Source: Octopus vulgaris
Taxonomy: Eukaryota
Direction of reading: 5' to 3'
Assembly (NCBI GenBank): GCA_951406725.2
Contig: OX597821.1
Span: forward strand, 28,210,001-28,274,000
Length of the DNA stretch: 64,000 nucleotides
The notes under the pieces were generated by a model. It worked only from the letters and a program-made list of their open reading frames with translations, did no database searches and was not told the DNA's origin. Every line of letters begins with the position of its first letter. Within the stretch, counting starts at the first letter, position 1. Shown in pieces: positions 28,179 to 41,329 of this stretch. The position numbers and the translations under genes were made by a program.

Positions 28179-28350
28179 GATTAAGTCGATTATATCGACC
28201 CCAGTGCGTAACTGGTACTTATTTAATCGACCGCGAAAGGATGAAAGGCAAAGTCGACCTCGGCGGAATTTGAACTCAGAACGAAGCGGCAGAGGAAATA
28301 CTACTAAGCATTTCGCTCTGCGTGCTAACGTTTCTGCCAGCTCGCCGCCT
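28179..28350 (-). mobile_element. tRNA-derived SINE family B, best-preserved copy
   Basis: Minus head AGGCGGCGAGCTGGCAGAAACGTTAGCACGC...TTCTGAGTTCAAATTCCGCC with a B-box-like GTTCAAATTC. Confidence 0.85.
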
Positions 28351-29087
28351 TAATAATTATATATATAATTGTATAATTATATTAAATGGATCAGGAATGA
28401 ACCTTCTCCAGCACGCTGAAAGTAGACGCCAAAGGCGCCACAAAAACGACTGCATAACTCCTATAAAAACACAGGATGTATGCGTGCAAATGAAAAATAC
28501 CCAATAAAACTTCACAGGGGAATTGTGTATTGGATCCAATTTTGGGATTAAAGCAATAAACAAGATTATTTCCTATCATCAGCACAATTCAAAGAACATA
28601 ATAACAGATACTTATACATATACATACTCATACGGATCCAAAACACTTGTGTGTATGCACCAGATCAAGTCAAATTCTTTTTTTTTTTTTTTTCATATCA
28701 ACCACGTGTTTCGTTTAGAAATAACCTCGCAGGAAATGCGTATTCAATCAGGTGCAAACATACTTTATTACTTATTTTGGTTTTGTAGGGGCTATATAGT
28801 GTTTTTCAGTGCCTTTAGCGAGAATATTCTTTCCTGATCTCTTTAATATAATTATATAATTATATATAATTATTTATTTGGTATATTAATTACATACAAG
28901 GTTATATTTCGTGTTGGCCACTCGATATAATCATTAACGCAATTTTATCCTAAATTCTATTAAGAATAAATAATTACATACATACATACATACATACAGA
29001 CATGCATGCATGCATACATACATACATACTTACATATATATGTGTGTGTGCATATATATATTATTAATATTAATATTATTATTATCC

Positions 29088-29155
<68 letters not shown>

Positions 29156-29469
29156 ACATAATTATTGTATTATAATTATGCAATTATTTTGGAACACAGA
29201 AACGCCGTTAGATCAGTATAAATATTGGGTTAATTACTGTTACAGAACGGGAAAATTTCTCAAAAAACAGCCATAGCTGTTTGCTTCGAAAATACATTAT
29301 CATCTTATATATATATATATATGTTTTCTGTGTGAATGGTTTTGTTATACCGTGCTGTAAATAATAGTAAAAGTAATTATATAAGCCTAAACTTTATAGC
29401 GATCACCGTGAAATAACTAAGGAAAATAATCCAATAGTGAGGCATATAAGCCCTCGACAAAAAAGTAGG

Positions 29470-29545
29470 CTTTCCTATCCACGTAGGACTCGAACCCATA
29501 TCCCACAGTTAACGCGACTGTGTTGCCGTTACACCAAGGAATGCA
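29470..29545 (-). pseudogene. tRNA-like sequence (SINE head or tRNA pseudogene)
   Basis: Minus strand TCCTTGGTGTAACGGCAACAC...GGGTTCGAGTCCTAC has A and B boxes followed by a T run. No clean cloverleaf could be drawn. Confidence 0.5.
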
Positions 29546-29799
29546 TGTATATTCATATTAAATATATATACATATATATTGTATATTAATATATGTTTGT
29601 ATGTATGTGCATGTGTGCATGTATATATATATAAATATATATATATATGTGGCAAAGTAATTTATTTTACTAAGCCCTAATTATATTATATATATATATA
29701 TATATATATAAATATAGGGATGGTATTATTGAAACACCATCACAAGTGGTAAGCGAATTATCAGCCGTACAGACAAATTAATAAAATACATACTTACAC

Positions 29800-30284
29800 T
29801 ATTAGATATGTACATATATATACAAGGGTACTACATGAGTACCTATATCGCTAATGATAGAAGTAAAAAAAATACTTCTGTACTACCGAATAGTTACAAA
29901 TTCATTACAGAAAAGATAGGAAAAAACATTTATTTATAAATAATTTTACACATTTCGTTTGTTCCTACTGTGCTTGGTCAATTGAAACGAACTGTTGCAG
30001 GTATGATGGGGGAGAAAGTAAGTAGTATTTTAGCTGGCGGACTTTGGCTGATGAAAAATCAGGTACCGATTTCGCGCTAAATTTCGAAATCGGTACCAGG
30101 TTGACTTGCATTTCCTTGTTCTGACCAAATTGAGGTAAGACATTATTGTTCACTGATATTATTTCCTATCTTGTCTGTAATGGATTTGTGACTATTCGGT
30201 GGTACAGAAGTATTTTTTGACTTCTGTCATTAGTGATATAGGTACTCATGTAGTACCCTTGTGGATATATGTACATATCTAATA
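29800..30284. repeat. ~120 bp inverted repeat enclosing a degenerate HHR (Penelope-like terminus)
   Basis: 29800-29923 is the reverse complement of 30162-30284 with about ten differences. CTGATGA at 30048 and GAAATCGGTA at 30086-30095 lie in the spacer. Confidence 0.8.
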
Positions 30285-30303
30285 TGGTATGTATATATAT
30301 TAC

Positions 30304-30390
<87 letters not shown>

Positions 30391-30939
30391 CATATACATA
30401 TATATGTGTGAGAGAATGCAAGGCAAGGTAAATTGACCACGATGGAATTAGGACTAAGAACGTAAAGACGTGCGAAATACCACTAAGTATTTTGTTCGGT
30501 GTGTTAGTGATTCTGCTTGCTTCTAGAAAATACTCCACAATTCACAATATACAGAGCCGCTATATGTAGATATAAGATAAATATGTGATAGAGTTAAGCG
30601 AGTCGAAAATTTTAAAATTTCTGTCCAGAAATAAGAAAATTTCCATGATGATTACTTGCGAAGGGACTCATCAAAGCATTTTCTTTATTTAACACACCTA
30701 TTACAGAGTAACATTTAGGTAAAGTATTCCATTTCCGATTTCGTTAGGCTGCAAAAGATTATATGATAGAAGTAAGCATTTATTTCCCTTTTACAGTATA
30801 ATGAGATCTCCAGAATTACTATAAAAATGCATAAATAAGACGTGTCATTTATTTAAGTGGCTTATGTGTTGCGATGAATGGCCCTAGACACGAACGTTTA
30901 GCGTATTTACTATGTGCGTGTATATACATGCACGCATAA

Positions 30940-30978
<39 letters not shown>

Positions 30979-31000
30979 ATCATTTCATATTTCCATATAT

Positions 31001-31046
<46 letters not shown>

Positions 31047-31097
31047 GTATCTATCTATGCATATATATATATATATATATATATATAGCATAGATAG

Positions 31098-31163
<66 letters not shown>

Positions 31164-31173
31164 CTATCTATGC

Positions 31174-31204
<31 letters not shown>

Positions 31205-32077
31205 TATGAGGGCATGCACAGACACATATACGTATGTGCGTGTATGTATGTAAATTTTCTATAACCTATCTAACTTATAAACTAATCCAGCTCATCGCAG
31301 AAAGACATTGTAAGTAGCACGATATTTACTCAGCTGCGTCGTTCTAACATTATTTATAACACTGTAACAACAACAACGAGTCGAAACGGACATCTGCCAT
31401 ACAGACAGCGTAATTTTCTTTTATGCAGCTGCATTGTTATAGGTAGAACTTTAATCAAGTTTATGGGGATTTGCAAATAATTTACACAGACCAGTTGGAC
31501 AGGTTGGAGGGCGCTTAATTTGGTTGTTTATTATAGATTACAGATAAATATCTCCAGAAGCTCTTTGATGAAGGGGCATGTCCTTAATTTGTTAAGTGCC
31601 TTCACTGATGTCCATTGAAATCAATCAATATATGCGTTCCCACTGTATAAGAGCATATACGTGTGTATCAATAGAGTTGTTTCTGCATGTTTACGTATAT
31701 GTATAACTAAAGGTACTCTCTCTAAAACACTAACTCACTTACTAACTATGTACAGAAAGGGAGGGAGAGAGAGAGAGATAAATAGAGAGAGAGAGACAGA
31801 AAGACAGAGAGAAACAGACAGACAAATGTGTTAATAATATAGATACACAGAGATACATCTGAGACGTATATATTCATATGGTCCAAAAGTACTGATACAC
31901 ACACACACACACACATATATATATAGGTACAAAAAATTCAGGGTGAATACTTGATAACTGTAAGCAGCTGTATATGCCAGCTAGTGATATAGGTGCAATT
32001 ATGCATTGATATAAGTTGTTCAATAAAGCCCGAAACATATGTACGCAAAATCCTTTGCGTTCTGTTTTTCTTTTGAT

Positions 32078-32113
<36 letters not shown>

Positions 32114-32530
32114 CATTCGTTAGCTTTCTTACAAAAAGCATCTAATGCTCTTAGGTTAGACTTTTGTGGGGCAACCAGATCGAATTGTCTCGTTTTGTAA
32201 ACATATTCGTAAAGTGAACATATAGATCCGTGTGCATATGTACATCTGGGATCACATACACATATATTTGTTAATTTATATATATGACAATTTGTTGTTG
32301 TGAAGCCAGTCCCAGACTAGTCTTGATCAGGCAAACTTTTGATGAATATCTTATTTGCGTTAATGTCAGTTTTTGCTTATCATTTGTGGATTTCATTACA
32401 AAATAGGTGCTCCCTCGTAGAAAGTCAAGACAAATAGTAAATGGTCATTCGGTGGCTGGGCAATTACCTTCGATATTTTATCCTGCAGTGGAATTCTTTT
32501 TGAGATAATAATAAATAAATAAATAAATAA

Positions 32531-32587
<57 letters not shown>

Positions 32588-32681
32588 TAACTAGAGACAA
32601 AACCACTATTATGCAAATCAAACAAAGAAAGACTTAAGCCAATACATAAAAATTTTTATATAAATTAAATATAATTAAAAT

Positions 32682-32735
32682 AACCACTACGATCGTTTCG
32701 TGTCAGCACTTCTATGAGACATTCTTCAGGTGGTT
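32682..32735 (-). ncRNA. Minimal type-I hammerhead ribozyme (mirror copy)
   Basis: Exact reverse complement of 32773-32826. Confidence 0.75.
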
Positions 32736-32772
32736 TCAAAACCTTCTTTAAAACTTGCAAAGAAGGTTTTGA

Positions 32773-32826
32773 AACCACCTGAAGAATGTCTCATAGAAGT
32801 GCTGACACGAAACGATCGTAGTGGTT
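32773..32826 (+). ncRNA. Minimal type-I hammerhead ribozyme
   Basis: Stem I AACCAC/GTGGTT, core CTGAAGA, stem II (A)TGTC/GACA(C), GAAA, palindromic stem III ACGATCGT. GUA site with predicted cut after 32820. Confidence 0.8.
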
Positions 32827-33004
32827 ATTTTAGTTATATTTAATCTATATAAAAATTTTTATGTATTGGCTTAAGTCTTTCTTTGTTTGATTTGCATAAT
32901 AGTGGTTTTGTCTCTAATTAATATATAATATTTTACTATAAAATTGGATTCAATCCTAAATCTGATTTTTCCCTGTAAATTTGGACTTATTCCCTAATAT
33001 TTAT

Positions 33005-33038
<34 letters not shown>

Positions 33039-33099
33039 GCTCACACACAAGCACACACATACACACACTCAACACACACACGCATATATACGTATGTGT

Positions 33100-34450
33100 G
33101 TATATTCACTTTCTTGTTTATTTCAGTGCCTGGAAATAGGAACTTCAATGTCTGGTGCCAGTCATCGTGGCACAGGGCCTTCTCCTCCATGTGACTGGGG
33201 ATTTGCAAGAATTCTTCATATGTCTTATCATCACGTCCCTGTATTGCAACATCTAGCCATCACAGGGATGTCTGCTCCGATGCAGTTCAGAGTAGAAGAC
33301 TTTGGGAATGTGTTGTCTTCTATCCGCACGCATGCCCCACCCAGTGCAGCTGCGATGCGATGAGGTAATAGAACCCCTCCACACAAACTGCTTCAGCTCA
33401 GCGTGTAGTAGGAATGCGATCATGTCATTTGATATGCAATTAGGAACACAGAAAAATGAGGTTGAATTGCGGTAGAGTGATATTCATTCCTTTTAAGAGA
33501 TGATATCAAGGAAGCACTATGGCAATGCACACCTTTATCTTCGTGTTGTGGACAATATCATGACAGCCCCATAAACACTTCACGGGCGAGTCAGAAGCAT
33601 TTGTGGCAGGCTGCATTCGTCTTTCAAATTCGAGGTCGGAAGCGGGAGTATTCACTGTGATAGGTAAAACCATAGCTGTAGTTAAAAGGATCTCCATGTA
33701 CTGTCCCTGGCTCGGGTATTCTTGATCTATTAGAACAATTTGCTGGAAGCTGGTAAGAGTTGCTCTTGAGTCCAAGCATTTCTGTTGCACAAGATAACCA
33801 GTCCATAGTGTGTTGCATATTCTGGATGTTGTTGTCCATATGCACTGAGTCGTCTGCGCATATCAACCCCGCGAAAAAAATTTCCCTAATTTTGGTGGCG
33901 GCACGAAGTTGGGACAAGTTGAAGATCTTCCCATTTATTCTGGTATGGATTAAAACCACTTTGTGCAGATTGACTCTCGTGTCGTCAAGCACACCAGCAA
34001 AGAAAAGAAAGAAGTGCGCAGGGACAAGCAGGTATCTCTGCATCACAGCATGGTTGACTACAAAGGCTTCACTATGTATTCTGTAACTTGAGACAAGTCC
34101 TTTCATTCATTTGAGGAACTACTTGATGTTAACGAGCTTCTTAAGGCATCTATAAATATCTCGCACTTACCGAAGGGTTTCGCCGTCTAACCTTTCAAAT
34201 GCATTGGGAAAGTCCACAAACACCTGGAAGAGGAGTTGCTGTTGCTACGCTGCTTTCTTCTGTTGTCTTTTGCTTTGTGAAGATTATGACTCTGGTAAGA
34301 CATATTCTGAAATATTTTTCAGTCGGTTGCGAATGATTCTTGCTAGCACATTGCCAGCAATGACCAACAGAAAAAACGCACCGGTAGTTCCTACATTCCC
34401 ATCTTTTAGTAAGTGTTGACAATCAGGGCATACTTGAAGATATGGCGTAC
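33100..34450 (-). mobile_element. Decayed RTE-clade LINE (RT region and 3' end)
   Basis: Minus frames give ECRNYRCVFSVG / IAGNVLARIIRNRLKNISEYVLPES, VHLKG*TAK, IHTRINGKIFNLSQLRAATKIRE..LICADDS, and ARRMQPATNA, typical of RTE/BovB-like RT. Confidence 0.8.
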
Positions 34451-34641
34451 ACATGCATTAGAAAGCAAGCGCTGTACAGCCCCAGCAGCATATTGTGGAG
34501 CTTCAGGTCACCAGTTTTTTGAGCACGTCTGAGGGAATGCCAAAAGTTCAACAAATTGTGACAAGAAAATTGCAAATAATTTCAAGACGTATGACTTACC
34601 GTATAGAACAACAATACCACCACCAACAACAACAACAACAA

Positions 34642-34676
<35 letters not shown>

Positions 34677-34798
34677 GCAACAACAACAACAATAATAAGA
34701 TTATGTGCTGTTTATCTTGTTATGAGATCACCATCTCGCTCACATATGGTTGTGATGCATGAACCTGTTTTACCCTTCTTAGACTGCATGGTCAATTT

Positions 34799-34902
34799 CA
34801 TAGGGATGTTAAAGATAAGACAGACAGAGTAAAAAGATGGCTGTGGATGACTAAAAGGGAATTAAAACCGGAAACGGAGGCTCTAATATGTGCTGCCCAA
34901 GA
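34799..34902 (+). mobile_element. ~100 bp R4/Dong-like LINE fragment embedded in another repeat
   Basis: Near-identical to the reverse complement of 38432-38536 (RDV.DKTDR.KRW.WMTKR.LKPETE.LICAAQ). Confidence 0.85.
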
Positions 34903-35000
34903 TGGGTAAATTGGGCTTCGTATATTTGTACCCCACTGTCACTGATGGCATGCACTGCTCTCTCACAATAAGGATAATATTAATAATGATAATAATATTG

Positions 35001-35067
<67 letters not shown>

Positions 35068-35285
35068 GAGCACTCAAAGAACGCAAGTCTTCGCCTAGGC
35101 AACACCGACGTCCTCTCAACGATTCATTAGAGATGATTTTTAAAATGAGAATATCTTAAATAAACTCAATTGCCTCTCACAAACGAGAATACTAAAAATG
35201 AACCCGACCGCTCTCAAAAATTAAATTAAAACAAAAACGGAAAAATAATCCAGAATCCTTGTTCGGTACCTGATCGGGCCCAACA
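35068..35285 (+). mobile_element. Possible Helentron-associated (HINE/DINE-like) element, 5' part
   Basis: AAGAGCACTCAAAGAACGCAAGTCTTCGCC start. A related 3' end, AAACAATACCTTCGCCTTCG, lies at ~36121-36140. Family assignment is from memory only. Confidence 0.35.
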
Positions 35286-35339
35286 GTAGATCTAGAATGT
35301 AAAGGTAAGCGTGTGGGCTGTGTTTGTAATACTCAGTGT

Positions 35340-35560
35340 GTGTCGTCTGCAGTGGTAACAGGGATAGTTTTCTTTATGAAGAGTGTTGTTAGTCTATTCA
35401 CTAATATAGTGTCTTTACGACTATTAAGGTGTATAGTGAAAAGATTATCTGTGCGTGGAAGAAAATGGAAAGGACCAGCATAGGGTGCTGTTAACGGAGG
35501 TTTAAAAACATCGAGTCCAAGTAGTAATGCTTCTTTCTTGGCAGCGTTTGAAATGTAATT
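35340..35560 (-). pseudogene. Ty3/gypsy integrase C-terminal (GPY/F) fragment
   Basis: KPPLTAPYAGPFHFLPRTDNLFTIHLNSRKDTILVNRL matches the P.L.PPY.GP(Y/F).V..R..K.F.I...G....VS.DRLK pattern. Confidence 0.75.
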
Positions 35561-35565
35561 GTCAA

Positions 35566-35611
35566 GACACCTGATGAAGGCTGGAGGGCATATCAGCCGA
35601 AACGTTGTGTT
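35566..35611 (+). ncRNA. Minimal type-I hammerhead ribozyme
   Basis: Stem I GACAC/GTGTT, CTGATGA plus an extra A, stem II GGCTG/CAGCC, GAAA, palindromic ACGT stem III. GUU site with predicted cut after 35606. Confidence 0.8.
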
Positions 35612-36199
35612 AACAACAAACAACACGAGGACAAATATCCGTGAAATGTAAATAATGTACATGATTCCTCATCTCTTAAATATATAACTGAAGTAGGTAA
35701 GAGGTTCGAAACAGCAGCGATATATTCAAAAGATAAAGCTAAAAATGGTCGGGGATAAATTAAATTTGTTATTGTTACTGAATATGTTAGTGTTATTTAA
35801 TTTCTGAACGTTTTTTGCTGCCGTTTGTTTATGGAGTTAAAATTCTTTATCCTAAAATTAATAGAGAAACGAAAATAAAATTTTGGAGGCAGCAACACTG
35901 CCATAAGCGTGATTTCAAGAGAAATAATCAGAGAGAGACTTGCAATTCAATATAAGATCATAATAATTGATATAAAGTAAGTAAAGTAAATATAACAAAT
36001 AATCCAGATGCCAAAATCTTATCACTTCGTGCCAGTCACGAGACCAAACTCCTTCAAATTTTCAACTGAATCCATCCAGCGGTTCCTGAAATATCTTACC
36101 TAGAGACAAATAAACAACGGAAACAATACCTTCGCCTTCGCATACCTTCTTTTTTGTCTTTTCTTGTTTATTTACCTATTATTATATTCTGCATATTCT

Positions 36200-37300
36200 A
36201 CTTATCACCATTTCCATATTTTTTTTTTCTGAGTACTTCTTTAATTCACTGATTACATCAGCATCTGTTTGGGCTTCTATGTTGCACAAGAGACGTACTT
36301 TTCGTTGTAAACATTGACAACAATATCCAATGGAATATATATCACCATACCGTTTTTGTGTGTAATGATATTTGACTTTTATCGTCGGAGAACATTTGTA
36401 GTGTATGCTAATACAACTTATCTCTAGGTTTGTCATAACGCTCGGACAACTTCCAGTGCATGTAAGTCACAACGCATCATATTTGTTACTACAATCTTTT
36501 CTTGGCAACTCTTTGTTTCCCAACTTCACACCTACTGTTACACATTTCTCTTGAATATATATATATATATATATTCAGTAGAATCTGAGTTCAGTAGCGC
36601 AATCAATAATTATCCAGTCTTAGTCTTATTTCCCGTGTCTTTCATTGTTTTTCGTTTTCAGACTTATAGAAGCATTTCTTCCATTCACTTCATTATATAG
36701 TATTCTGTAGATCTTATCTTACTCTACATTTCAGTCTTGAAACGAATTTTGTTATTTTTTTCAGTTTTTCTCGGATTACATGTCATTCATTTCAAGTACT
36801 TGTTGGGCTTCCTTGAAGATATAAAACAGCAATTATTTCCTGTTGTTCATGTTACATAACATTACGTATTACATTTCAATGATTTTTTATTGCCTCCTTG
36901 GTCCTCCTGTGGACATTTTAAAATAGTTTTTATGAGATGCATAATGATCTACCACCTTCTTAGTAAACTTTCCATGTTTGATTTTATATGCTGTATTCAA
37001 AACTCAATAAATATTTTCCAAGTTTTACGAGATGGTCTTGCGTCCAATTGAGAATGTTATAAATATGATTTATCACTGGGACCATTATAGATTTGCTGCT
37101 TATTATCGTATTTTGATTTATCATTCTGTTTTAAGTATTCTTCTAATGCGTCAACAATATGCTTTAATAATCTTTTTTCTTTACTTTATCATGTATTGTC
37201 TAGTTCATTGACTCTTTGAATCACAATGTCTCATAGTGTTGTAATTCTCTAATTTCAGTCTCTTTATCTAGAATTATATTATTCTTCTTAATTAATTTCA
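36200..37300 (-). pseudogene. Highly decayed non-LTR RT remnant, possibly R4/Dong-like
   Basis: Minus-strand traces NGPSD, DCSNKYDAL and KRYGDIYSIGYCC occur in the order expected for PGPD, DY.KAYDSV and GIFQGDSLSPL. Confidence 0.35.
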
Positions 37301-37446
37301 TTCTCCTAAGAGATGACTTGGCGCATTTTACTAAGCCGAATCTAATATCACTTTCTCTGGCAAATCTATTTACTGACTACATTACTGTTTCAACTTTCTT
37401 TCTAGTCATTTGCAGCAAACGGCCTGAAGTTCTAATTATGTGTTCT

Positions 37447-37507
<61 letters not shown>

Positions 37508-37729
37508 GCCACTAGCCGGCACATTCGTTACAGCATCAGACAAACAGATAAGCAGCATTTTCAGCCGTCTTCACTTGCTGTATCCAAATTTTGTCAACGT
37601 CGACTTTACCATTGATGCTTTCAGGTCGACAAAATAATACCAGTTGAGTACTGGGAACGATGTAGTCTGGCATTTCCATCAACATGTCAGACGTTGTGCC
37701 CATAACACAAAGGATTATTATTATTATTA

Positions 37730-40700
37730 CTATTTATTGCCTTTGTACATCATCTAACGCTGGAGATGTAATACACTTCCAGCTGTTCACTACCAGGGAA
37801 CCAAGGTAACAACCCTTAATTTTCGAGCACATTCCGGAGTTTTCGAGCGCTTCCAGGCAGTGCTCCATCCTTATTGCAGCCCTTATTTGTTCCATCTACT
37901 TCTCAATAGTTATGTTCACTCCAACAGTTACTGTTAGTACTACCACCTTTTTCAGTGACCACAAAAGCTTAACTTCCCAACCTCTCCAGGGCTCCGACAA
38001 TTATAGGTATTATTACCATATTTTCTTTCTTCCTTATCGCATAACTTGATGGCAGCGGACATGCTATAGCAATGATCCAGCATCGTTTGCTTTCTTTCAC
38101 AAGTAAGATTATGTCTGGCTTCCTATTCTGTAACTCATAGTCGCACTGAATTATAAAATCCCATTGGATCTTTGCATTATTATATTCGATGATGCCTTCG
38201 GGTTTATGGTCGTGCCACTTTTTGCTCTGTTCAGTCCATATTTGTTGCAAAATGTTCAATGGACAATCCTTACAATATTGTCATGACGTCTCTTATATTC
38301 CTTCTGGACTAGTGGCGTACATTGACTGGTAGTAAGCCATACGGTTTCAACATTTTGTCCACAAATTCTTCATTTATCACTTTCTGCTGTATTGTCTATT
38401 CTGTATTTTATGTCATTTATTCTTAGTGCTTGCTCTTGAGCAGCACATATTAGAGTCTCCGTTTCCGGTTTTAAATCCCTTTTAGTCATCCACGGCCATC
38501 TTTTTTCTCTGTCTGTCTTATCTTCAACATCCCTATAAAATTGACCATGCATTCTTTTCTTTACCCACCTATTTTCAGTTACATTCGTTTTCAATTTCAT
38601 GTATAGTGCTTTATCGTTGCAATCTTTAATCCTACACAAGCCAGACCTTGTTACGTATAATAAAAGCGGTTCCTTGGCATTTTTTACATACAATGCTATA
38701 TTGTATTCTTCTGCTCTAATGCTATGTTCGCATCTAATAAGTCCACTTTCCCCTGTTTTTCTTGGTACATACAGTCTCTCTGTATCACTTTTTGGGTGGA
38801 GTATCCCATATCTAGTTAGCAATTTCCTAGTCTTTCTGTCTAAGCTGTTTAGTTCGTCATACTGCCCATGCGATCACCCCTGCTCCATGTCCAAGGAGTG
38901 AAACCGCCTAGGTGTTGATAGCTTCGATCTTATTACGTCCGTTTAATTTCGACTTAAGGATCAGTCTCAGTCTGTCATGTACACCACTTAAAATTTTTTG
39001 ATCATTTCTTTCTCCATCAATTTATCCATTTCCAAAATCCCCATGTACTTATAGTTCGTCTCTTCTATCAGCATCATAACCTTCCCCGACGGTATCGTTA
39101 GCTCGTCCATACATTTGTCTCAGTCTGTGCAAGTACCCACCTTAAATGTTTCTGTCATTTCTTTCTCCATCAATTTATCAATTTTCCATAACCCCAAGTA
39201 CTTATAGCTCGTCTCTTCTATCTGCTTCATAACCTCCCACGACGGTACCGTTAGACCGTCCATACTTTTGATTTTGCCTGTGTTCAAGACTAACACACCA
39301 CACTTTCTCGGTCCGAACTCCATTCTGATATCAACACTGAAAGAATACACCGCATTAACGATCGAACTGACTTGGGATTCATCTTCACCATAAAGTCTGA
39401 GGTCATCCATGAATAACAACTGACTGACTTTTTGTTGGCGGCTTTTGAATACATACCCAGCTTTTGCTTTCCTCAGAATCAGTGTTAGTAGTATCAAGCA
39501 CAATACAAAGATCAGTGGGGACAGGTAGACACCTTGCAGGATACCCCACCTGATTTCTATTGTCCCTAAACTTCTTCCAGGTACCCCTCAGGTCCGTCCT
39601 CCAAACTGCCATACTTTCTTTTCCAAGCAATCGCTCAAAATTCGATACAATACCAAATAGGTTCCTACATTCCGTAATCCAAGAATGCGGGTTCATATCG
39701 TACACATTACAATAGTCAATCCATGACATCGCTACGTTACTTTTCCTCCTCTTGCAGTCTTTAAGTACAGTTTTGTGTATCAAGATTTGATCCTTGGTAC
39801 CTCTGCACTTACGCTTGCAGCCCTTCTACTCATGTTGCAGGACACCATACCCAGCTTTTGCGTTCCTCAGGCTCAATGTTAGTAATATGAAGCACAGTAA
39901 AAAGATCAGTGGGGACAGGTAGACCCCTTGTAGGATGTCTTCCACTTATTTTTTTTTTTTCTAATTTCTTCAGTTCCTTAACTGAAATGACTAGCCCTGG
40001 CTATTTTGGGGACACAACTGTTTGTTTAAATTCTTACAGCCATTCAGGATCCTTCTTGCGATCCTTGTCTTCGCTCCTGATGTCGCTCTAAAACCTCTGA
40101 CTTTCATTGTTATCTGTAGACTCTCCATTTATTTCTTTATAGAATATCTTCTGATCTATGCTGAGCAACCTATTCTGCTGGTAACCCTTATATTCTTTGG
40201 TCGTATCTAACCATCTTTGCTTTCTTTGCAACGAGGCGCTGTTTCAGTTCCTCTTTTAACATTTTCAAACCCTTTCTTTGAATATTATTCTTCCTTTTCA
40301 GTGTATTTTTATACGATTTTAAGTTCCCCTTTGTCTTTTCGGTCTAAAACAGAAATGTCCTTCCAGATCATATCTAACCCTGCATGGATTCTTCTTTTCC
40401 ACATGGATCTTTTCTTTTTTCACTCGCATTATGTTTCTTTTTCTTGACATCACCACTCACGTTTTCTACTACAACAATCAAATTGATCAAATTATTTGTT
40501 TCTGTTACGTTGTTTGTTCTGCTATCATTCAGGATTTCATTGACAATTTTTTTCGTTTCTTTTTAAGGTTGCAAATAATGTCGCTATCGTTCTCCTGTCG
40601 TCTTGCCTCTCTTCTGTCGTAGATTATCTTTTGTTCATCTGTCATGTCGCTATTAGTTTTATTGTCTCCTTTATGTCTCTCATCAAGTAAGCTACCACTG

Positions 40701-41235
40701 CTTTTTTCCTGTGCTATGCGATTACTTTTATTAGTAAGAACTGTATTTTCATTATTATCTCTGCTGCTATTTTCCATGACCCGTCTTTTGATAGCTTCGA
40801 GCTCTACTTCTGTGAACCAGCGATTTTTTCTTATTTCTCTAGCTTGATCACATAGTCTCCGTTCAATGAGTTGAAACAATCCCCTTTCTCTCCGATGTAA
40901 CCCCTAATTTGAGCATCATTTTCATCTACGGGTTGCTCAGGTAGTAACACTCTATGACCGCGGCATTGATTTGCTTCCTCCACCTACGCCGTGTGTGGTA
41001 GTCCGTTTCTGGATATAGGTAGACTAGAGCCGGACCAGAATCTCTGAGCCTACCGGGTGTAACACTATCACCATCATTGGCTTCAGTTTCATTACCACCA
41101 TTATTCTCAAAATTTTGTTTTTCATTGTCATTCATATGAGGTAGCGATTATCAGGTTTACGCCATTACCAGTGTTTTCATTTTGACACCATCACTAGATG
41201 TAGCATTAATCAGGACATGTGGAGATTCCATCTTC
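37730..41235 (-). mobile_element. Near full-length decayed R4/Dong-clade LINE (RT plus RLE endonuclease)
   Basis: N-terminal RRRWRKQINAAVIECYYLSNP and RRLCDQAREIRKNRWFTEVELE. RT motifs [15 protein letters not shown] and [10 protein letters not shown]. Then HPKSDTERLYVPRK, LICAAQEQAL, CCHC region, and WDFIIQCD...RKPDII. Bounded by (ATT)n at both ends. Confidence 0.92.
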
Positions 41236-41247
41236 TTCCTTTTATTA

Positions 41248-41329
<82 letters not shown>

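Larger units (their letters stand above)
32582..32926. repeat. Near-perfect 168 bp inverted repeat with 9 nt spacer (fold-back Penelope-like terminus)
   Basis: 32582-32749 versus 32759-32926, with three mismatches counted by eye. Flanked by (TA)n. Confidence 0.95.

Noticed and set aside
29800-30284. Apparent A/G bias between inverted-repeat arms as a fossil ADAR signature
   Set aside because: Only about five events, equally explained by C>T transitions in the other arm.
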